64,000 nucleotides of DNA from Acanthaster planci (taxonomy: Eukaryota). Both the position numbers and the translations under genes were made by a program. Positions 63,301 to 64,000 of this stretch are shown piece by piece (position 1 is the first letter of the stretch; the number at the start of each line of letters is the position of its first letter). The notes beneath the pieces were generated by a model, which saw nothing but the letters and a program-made list of their open reading frames with translations, did no database searches and was not told the origin of the DNA. The DNA lies in assembly GCF_001949145.1 (NCBI RefSeq), contig NW_019091355.1, positions 3,268,646 through 3,332,645 of the forward strand. The letters run 5' to 3'.

Positions 63301-63642
63301 CAGCTTCCTGACCCCCGTGGACCTGGACACCATGGTCATGGTCCCCGGCAACAACTACCCCTATCAGTTTGACCCCCAGCTGCGGGGCCAGAAGGCCCTC
63401 AACCTGTACCGCCACCTCAACCTCAAGAGCTGCACCTGGACCTTCGACGCCTACTATCACATGACCGAGCTGATCGATCTCTGCGGGGGTGCCGTCACCA
63501 CAGACTTCCAGGTCCGTGACACCGACGAGAGTTACCTGACAGTGACCGTACCCCTCTATGTCTCCTACATCTACGTCACAGCGCCCACTGGCTGGGGAGC
63601 CCTGGACCACAGGACAGAGATGGAGTTCTCATTCTTTTACAA
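12266..63642 (+). CDS. FRAS1: FRAS1-like extracellular matrix organizing protein, partial gene model (56 exons traced, ~3,445 aa; 5' and 3' ends not located)
   Basis: Manually spliced GT-AG exons keep phase throughout (10,337 nt). Domain order 6xVWC, 14xfurin-like, 12xCSPG, 5xCalx-beta, C-terminal domain is diagnostic of FRAS1; FREM2/ECM3 lack VWC and furin repeats. FRAS1-type motifs include YAIVLCRTE, GYPLICVTPCDPHYP, LYRHLNLKSCTWTFDAYYHMTELIDLCGG and TEMEFSFFY. Confidence 0.96.
12706..12881. mobile_element. Small hAT-like MITE with internal GACTC(A/G)AGTC motifs
   Basis: TIR cggagttgtaa / ttacaactctg; many gactcaagtc and gagtca subrepeats; no clean TSD. Confidence 0.5.
13596..14030. repeat. 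Diverged tandem duplication, ~231-bp period, 2 copies
   Basis: aaccaccccaagataatgttgtaattgctgagggaaggtgattg (13621) vs aactaccctgagatgttataattgcaggggaaggtgatta (13852); similarity continues to tcagtt.gacagag in both copies. Confidence 0.75.
17669..17758 (+). CDS. FRAS1: FRAS1 exon (VWC1/2)
   Basis: aacag|GETLRIQPNRCCPECAPGAGSCEYQGEIVG|gtgag. Confidence 0.92.
18405..18438. other. Perfect 15-bp stem hairpin
   Basis: cttcagctgttaccc-aaga-gggtaacagctgaag. Confidence 0.85.
19743..20170 (+). repeat. tRNA-core repeat family A, ~1.4 head-to-tail units (period ~305 bp)
   Basis: gccaccaacatagggctgg...agctcagttggtagagc...ggttcaaatccc...gttcatctttataatcatt at 19745 and 20050; contains Pol III A and B boxes. 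Confidence 0.85.
22068..22227 (+). CDS. FRAS1: FRAS1 exon (VWC2)
   Basis: cacag|HNSQWSLSPCRSCYC...DECCPRCIRPG|gtaag, phase 0-1. Confidence 0.92.
22692..22825 (+). CDS. FRAS1: FRAS1 exon (VWC3)
   Basis: tacag|SCTYRGVPYRDGAEWSPVKCTKCRC...LFCGQ|gtaag, phase 1-0. Confidence 0.92.
23027..23110 (+). CDS. FRAS1: FRAS1 exon (VWC3/4)
   Basis: cacag|NEEAVTPPGKCCPECVGQSCELDGLIYK|gtaag. Confidence 0.92.
23726..23830 (+). CDS. FRAS1: FRAS1 exon (VWC4)
   Basis: ggcag|DGSQWQADPCTYCKCYAGSIECKQLRCAQDFTCRQ|gtacg. Confidence 0.92.
24438..24495 (+). CDS. FRAS1: FRAS1 exon (VWC4 end)
   Basis: cacag|GERKVTKEEQCCPECVSAE|gtaca, phase 0-1. Confidence 0.88.
25054..25187 (+). CDS. FRAS1: FRAS1 exon (VWC5)
   Basis: tgcag|PCNDVGTLRYSGDVWNVSACEFCIC...LRCEV|gtaag. 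Confidence 0.92.
25597..25686 (+). CDS. FRAS1: FRAS1 exon (VWC5/6)
   Basis: ttcag|GESLVHREGRCCPECVSPVGYCVHNRITYT|gtgag. Confidence 0.92.
25959..26106 (+). CDS. FRAS1: FRAS1 exon (VWC6)
   Basis: atcag|NGDIWEPDDCRTCVC...GQCCPDCIL|gtagg, phase 0-1. Confidence 0.92.
27400..27537 (+). CDS. FRAS1: FRAS1 exon (furin-like 1)
   Basis: QCRPECLTCDARGCLTC...CVDSCDIGFY...LCQ, phase 1-1. Confidence 0.92.
27854..27994 (+). CDS. FRAS1: FRAS1 exon (furin-like 2)
   Basis: CHETCLSCTAGTEFHCLTC...CIVDCGSGFF...CI, phase 1-1. Confidence 0.92.
28523..28666 (+). CDS. FRAS1: FRAS1 exon (furin-like 3)
   Basis: CHSSCQECTGPRKSDCLVC...CVPECGQEYY...CY, phase 1-1. Confidence 0.92.
33383..33523 (+). CDS. FRAS1: FRAS1 exon (furin-like 4)
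   Basis: CEPSCFSCHYDNPRCILC...CVTECGAGFY...HCE, phase 1-1. Confidence 0.92.
34243..34383 (+). CDS. FRAS1: FRAS1 exon (furin-like 5)
   Basis: CHHTCQYCRGPSIYECMAC...CLYNCSNGFF...CT, phase 1-1. Confidence 0.92.
34876..35049 (+). CDS. FRAS1: FRAS1 exon (furin-like 6)
   Basis: CHPSCRTCLGPAADDCSSC...CTARCQESFY...CI, phase 1-1. Confidence 0.92.
35590..35730 (+). CDS. FRAS1: FRAS1 exon (furin-like 7)
   Basis: CNPTCLTCTGQSINSCTSC...CEKQCSDGQY...CL, phase 1-1. Confidence 0.92.
36270..36413 (+). CDS. FRAS1: FRAS1 exon (furin-like 8)
   Basis: CHPSCRVCFGPAPNQCLAC...CSAGCPSSQF...CQ, phase 1-1. Confidence 0.92.
37969..38413 (-). mobile_element. Non-autonomous TIR element (TGTGACC...GGTCACA family), copy 2
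   Basis: Termini tgtgacccgctttgcaaaa / ttttgctagagccggtcaca; the reverse complement shares ggccattac...tttttgca.agc.ggtcaca with copy 1. Confidence 0.75.
38626..38787 (+). CDS. FRAS1: FRAS1 exon (furin-like 9)
   Basis: CDSACGTCFAAGEGLESSTCTEC...CVSECGIGHF...CK, phase 1-1. Confidence 0.9.
39571..39714 (+). CDS. FRAS1: FRAS1 exon (furin-like 10)
   Basis: CHISCRTCDGPSVFDCSTC...CSSKCYGGYY...CK, phase 1-1. Confidence 0.92.
40187..40330 (+). CDS. FRAS1: FRAS1 exon (furin-like 11)
   Basis: CQANCLECESPYECLVC...LQFGECSPYCADQYY...CQ, phase 1-1. Confidence 0.92.
40572..40712 (+). CDS. FRAS1: FRAS1 exon (furin-like 12)
   Basis: CDWSCNACSGPTARDCTLC...CVSACNEGYY...CR, phase 1-1. Confidence 0.92.
40990..41130 (+). 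CDS. FRAS1: FRAS1 exon (furin-like 13)
   Basis: CGEDCKTCSSPGVCTSC...CVTHCGVSYY...CR, phase 1-1. Confidence 0.9.
41599..41739 (+). CDS. FRAS1: FRAS1 exon (furin-like 14)
   Basis: CPWNCLECSTPDQCTNC...CEADCPSGYF...CE, phase 1-1. Confidence 0.92.
41965..42068 (-). repeat. tRNA-core repeat family B, copy 1
   Basis: Reverse complement gctcggtggtcgagtggttaag...actagtaagca...gggtttgagtc (A/B-box-like); homologous to 52397-52492. Confidence 0.6.
42130..42281 (+). mobile_element. 5'-truncated SINE body with (ATT)n tail
   Basis: gtgtactccccagggagctgag core resembles conserved invertebrate SINE central domains (recalled, not searched); ends tataaaagctttgatattattatt. Confidence 0.5.
42335..43014 (+). 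CDS. FRAS1: FRAS1 exon (CSPG repeats 1-2)
   Basis: tgcag|NLYPPTLFVNGTL...AYDPDT...YVHDGSET...FYIQINPN|gtaag, 680 nt, phase 1-0. Confidence 0.94.
43462..43621 (+). CDS. FRAS1: FRAS1 exon (CSPG 3)
   Basis: DNKGPILINN...VREGD...AFDVDSP...GNPRS|gtaag. Confidence 0.92.
43684..43981. mobile_element. Kolobok-like non-autonomous DNA transposon
   Basis: TTAA|agagcaccttcaaggaaaacatgttttcgctgattt ... aaatcagagaaaacatgttttcctcagaggtgccct|TTAA; ~36-bp imperfect TIR, RR..YY ends, TTAA TSD. Confidence 0.75.
44333..44511 (+). CDS. FRAS1: FRAS1 exon (CSPG 3)
   Basis: DIVMVLPIP...FAQEDINQGRVYYRHSG...FMFE|gtcag. Confidence 0.92.
44768..44884 (+). CDS. FRAS1: FRAS1 exon (CSPG 3/4)
   Basis: cgcag|VADTAHNVLSDQAFNIEVLPNNDEPPRLVAGIVEPLLMR|gttag. 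Confidence 0.88.
44905..45072. repeat. Degenerate ~7-bp (TCAGTAA-like) low-complexity repeat
   Basis: tcagtagtcagtaatcacaaatcaataatcagtaatcattgatcagcaat. Confidence 0.55.
45415..45519 (+). CDS. FRAS1: FRAS1 exon (CSPG 4)
   Basis: VFEGEITPITNTHLAYTDVDSPDPDLVYNITTPLQ|gtcag. Confidence 0.9.
45740..45890 (+). CDS. FRAS1: FRAS1 exon (CSPG 4)
   Basis: IGQGSIEYVDRPF...FTQADINAQKIIYRPP...FFFT|gtgag. Confidence 0.92.
46200..46439. mobile_element. PIF/Harbinger-like MITE with CAG TSD
   Basis: CAG|gggccaatttcacagcgctgcttaagcacaaaatttgctta ... taagcaaatttgtgcttaagcagctctgtgaaattggccc|CAG; ~40-bp near-perfect TIR. Confidence 0.85.
46504..46767 (+). CDS. FRAS1: FRAS1 exon (CSPG 4/5)
   Basis: ADSVPGGNLVGPKPFTIFVLP...DLVYTLITAPEHG...LDE|gtgag. 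Confidence 0.92.
47171..47570 (+). CDS. FRAS1: FRAS1 exon (CSPG 5/6)
   Basis: AQFTHAEL...YVHDSS...LSDG...FTQADISAYNI|gtaac, phase 1-2. Confidence 0.92.
47791..47834. other. 44-bp near-perfect palindrome
   Basis: caggtggaaaggcttgcggtag|ctaccgcaggcctttccacctg, 1 mismatch in 22 bp, no loop. Confidence 0.9.
48067..48229 (+). CDS. FRAS1: FRAS1 exon (CSPG 6)
   Basis: YVAEGEIGSQAVTD...VSDASGN...PVNDQPP...GIR|gtagg, phase 2-0. Confidence 0.92.
48550..48682 (+). CDS. FRAS1: FRAS1 exon (CSPG 7)
   Basis: LVEGARELISSANIRATDLDT...PTFGFIENIRS|gtatg. Confidence 0.92.
49089..49279 (+). CDS. FRAS1: FRAS1 exon (CSPG 7)
   Basis: LGSEQPNVDIPV...YYVQSVHRNVEPTQD...FNITIR|gtatg. Confidence 0.92.
49454..49871 (+). 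CDS. FRAS1: FRAS1 exon (CSPG 8)
   Basis: LVNDEEPML...ASDLDT...YVHDGSEV...INDETPRVAVNRGLQVQI|gtgag. Confidence 0.93.
50168..50359 (+). CDS. FRAS1: FRAS1 exon (CSPG 9)
   Basis: STTTITNYELRAEDVDS...SFTQNDIDN|gtagg. Confidence 0.92.
50470..50589 (+). CDS. FRAS1: FRAS1 exon (CSPG 9)
   Basis: YVRYVHDP...FKFTLSDPEGNELIDQSFLITVL|gtaag. Confidence 0.92.
50999..51303 (+). CDS. FRAS1: FRAS1 exon (CSPG 10)
   Basis: DRVPPQILANRGL...FTQADLAA...FTVDDGTNQ|gtaaa. Confidence 0.93.
51661..51839. repeat. Minisatellite, 22-bp unit ccatggtgtagcctttctcttg x8
   Basis: Eight consecutive units, with one substitution in unit 2 and no spacers. Confidence 0.97.
51879..52019 (+). CDS. FRAS1: FRAS1 exon (CSPG 10/11)
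   Basis: VTQTFYITLTPVDDSLP...MRVQEGVRKSITEFELKAQDMDTP|gtcag. Confidence 0.93.
52397..52492 (-). repeat. tRNA-core repeat family B, copy 2
   Basis: Shares tgcttactagtg.agac..cttaacc...gacca.cgagcttgccg.ggttg.ctggttggt with 42005-42066. Confidence 0.6.
52701..52949 (+). CDS. FRAS1: FRAS1 exon (CSPG 11)
   Basis: ADSIMFTI...NRISYSHDGSN...TVTDGTNPLFII...AQQ|gtagc. Confidence 0.93.
53722..53814 (+). CDS. FRAS1: FRAS1 exon (CSPG 11/12)
   Basis: TFQITILPVDDGTPRIITNLGLSYLEYLDEQ|gtcag; an in-frame alternative acceptor is possible at 53731. Confidence 0.9.
54294..54444 (+). CDS. FRAS1: FRAS1 exon (CSPG 12)
   Basis: AMGIITRKNLATMDADT...PPNHG...VFTQ|gtaag. Confidence 0.92.
55033..55259 (+). CDS. FRAS1: FRAS1 exon (CSPG 12 / Calx-beta 1)
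   Basis: DINNGIIHY...DSKPN...RWSLI...YNVSETAG...RSGNLNQ|gtatg. Confidence 0.92.
55827..56085 (+). CDS. FRAS1: FRAS1 exon (Calx-beta 1)
   Basis: YAIVLCRTE...QVQFEEREDTKLCSIVINDD...ELSMPAYALLG...DDED|gtaaa. Confidence 0.94.
56094..56206. repeat. Degenerate (TGATT)n microsatellite
   Basis: ttgatttgatttgattgatttgatttgatttgatt run. Confidence 0.85.
56420..56500 (+). CDS. FRAS1: FRAS1 exon (Calx-beta 2)
   Basis: PSIEFDQLVFHVNESSGFLFAPVTRK|gtagg, phase 1-1. Confidence 0.9.
56647..56967 (-). repeat. tRNA-core repeat family A, one unit plus 15-nt terminal redundancy
   Basis: The reverse complement matches the 19870-20170 unit (gagtgatccctgttcaccactt; gtgatccctggc.atatgg; gggaagagccaccaac.tagggctgg; tagctcagtt.gtagagcactggtac). 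Confidence 0.85.
57126..57295 (+). CDS. FRAS1: FRAS1 exon (Calx-beta 2)
   Basis: DSSRSVSAICFT...LESGSDYKTRG...SCDIK|gtctg. Confidence 0.9.
57611..57734 (+). CDS. FRAS1: FRAS1 exon (Calx-beta 2)
   Basis: IIDDAMFEAEEEFEIAL...VIINGPND|gtgag. Confidence 0.93.
58111..58322 (+). CDS. FRAS1: FRAS1 exon (Calx-beta 3)
   Basis: SLVSL...ENAGTVEI...GSDLS...VWC...PSDPPSATPGADFVPS...VE|gtagt. Confidence 0.93.
58525..58672 (+). CDS. FRAS1: FRAS1 exon (Calx-beta 3)
   Basis: VCRVTIVDDT...EGNETFVVYLSSA...INDTVDD|gtaag. Confidence 0.92.
59135..59340 (+). CDS. FRAS1: FRAS1 exon (Calx-beta 4)
   Basis: PTMQFS...RSGDLSFESSVRCFT...DYDERRN...PGEK|gttag. Confidence 0.93.
59603..59759 (+). CDS. FRAS1: FRAS1 exon (Calx-beta 4)
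   Basis: VKNCTVGIVDD...EADEQFRVRLG...IGKN...DTED|gtgag. Confidence 0.93.
59848..60452. mobile_element. piggyBac-like non-autonomous element
   Basis: TTAA|ccacttgccgccggg ... cccggcagcaagtgg|TTAA; 15-bp TIR with 1 mismatch, CC..GG ends, no transposase ORF. Confidence 0.75.
60606..60806 (+). CDS. FRAS1: FRAS1 exon (Calx-beta 5)
   Basis: PTVQFE...VREP...RTGDQNRTSRVRTSTRDGSAKSGVDY...FRP|gtacc. Confidence 0.92.
61179..61366 (+). CDS. FRAS1: FRAS1 exon (Calx-beta 5)
   Basis: VRSVDIEI...EWHETFSVVLGPDDPV...DEEAAGSVVLPSTPL|gtgag. Confidence 0.93.
61796..61879 (+). CDS. FRAS1: FRAS1 exon (start of C-terminal domain)
   Basis: VVSLMDYDD...PAPGYPLICVT|gtaag. Confidence 0.92.
62723..63642 (+). CDS. FRAS1: FRAS1 exon (conserved C-terminal domain), 920 nt
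   Basis: tgcag|PCDPHYP...LDSVYFSRRFHVRC...IPHQDGMLP...TEMEFSFFY(aa)|gtgag, phase 0-2; the gene continues past the window. Confidence 0.94.
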
Positions 63643-64000
63643 GTGAGTGCTCCTTCTTCTTTATGCTTTACTGTTCAAAATCATTTCATGTACCGGTATT
63701 GTATAAAGAAGATGGAAATTTTGTCATTCTTGTGGTGAAGTGAGAATCTTTTGGGTCTTGAAATGGGTTCTCGAGCATTTGGTTTTGTTAGGTTGCGTAA
63801 GGCTTAGGGTTACAGGTTGACAAAGTTTGGTCACATATCTATCGGAATGTTTCCCAGTACTTCATCAATGGATTTATTCTTAGCCATATAATGGGACAAT
63901 AACTCCCCAAGGTACAGGTGATGACTCTTAATTGTTTCATTCTCCGAAATTTGATCTGAACATGATACGTTTCTCTACAAATTTCTAGGAGACATACAGT

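Noticed and set aside
62708..63610. 300-aa antisense ORF
   Set aside because: It mirrors the GC3-rich FRAS1 exon; such codon bias removes antisense stops. The same applies to the antisense ORFs over 42325-42972, 49285-49740 and 52665-53228.

Overview
Eukaryotic (animal) genomic DNA. From repeat content and gene conservation it is most likely an invertebrate deuterostome such as an echinoderm; that is inference only. Nearly the whole window is one + strand gene, a FRAS1 ortholog (Fraser extracellular matrix complex subunit 1). I traced 56 GT-AG exons from 12266 to 63642 that splice in consistent phase into one open frame of 10,337 nt (~3,445 aa). The domain order is 6 VWC, 14 furin-like Cys-rich repeats, 12 CSPG/cadherin-like repeats, 5 Calx-beta domains, then the start of the FRAS1/FREM C-terminal domain. 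The signal-peptide exon(s) were not located, and the 3' end lies beyond the window. Introns hold non-autonomous TIR elements (Harbinger-, Kolobok-, piggyBac- and hAT-like), two families of tRNA-core repeats, a 22-bp minisatellite, palindromes and two blocks that may be decayed coding insertions. The most unusual item is a ~305-bp tRNA-core repeat that appears circularly permuted. There is no CRISPR array or prokaryotic system, and I cannot support a claim of a wholly new biological system.
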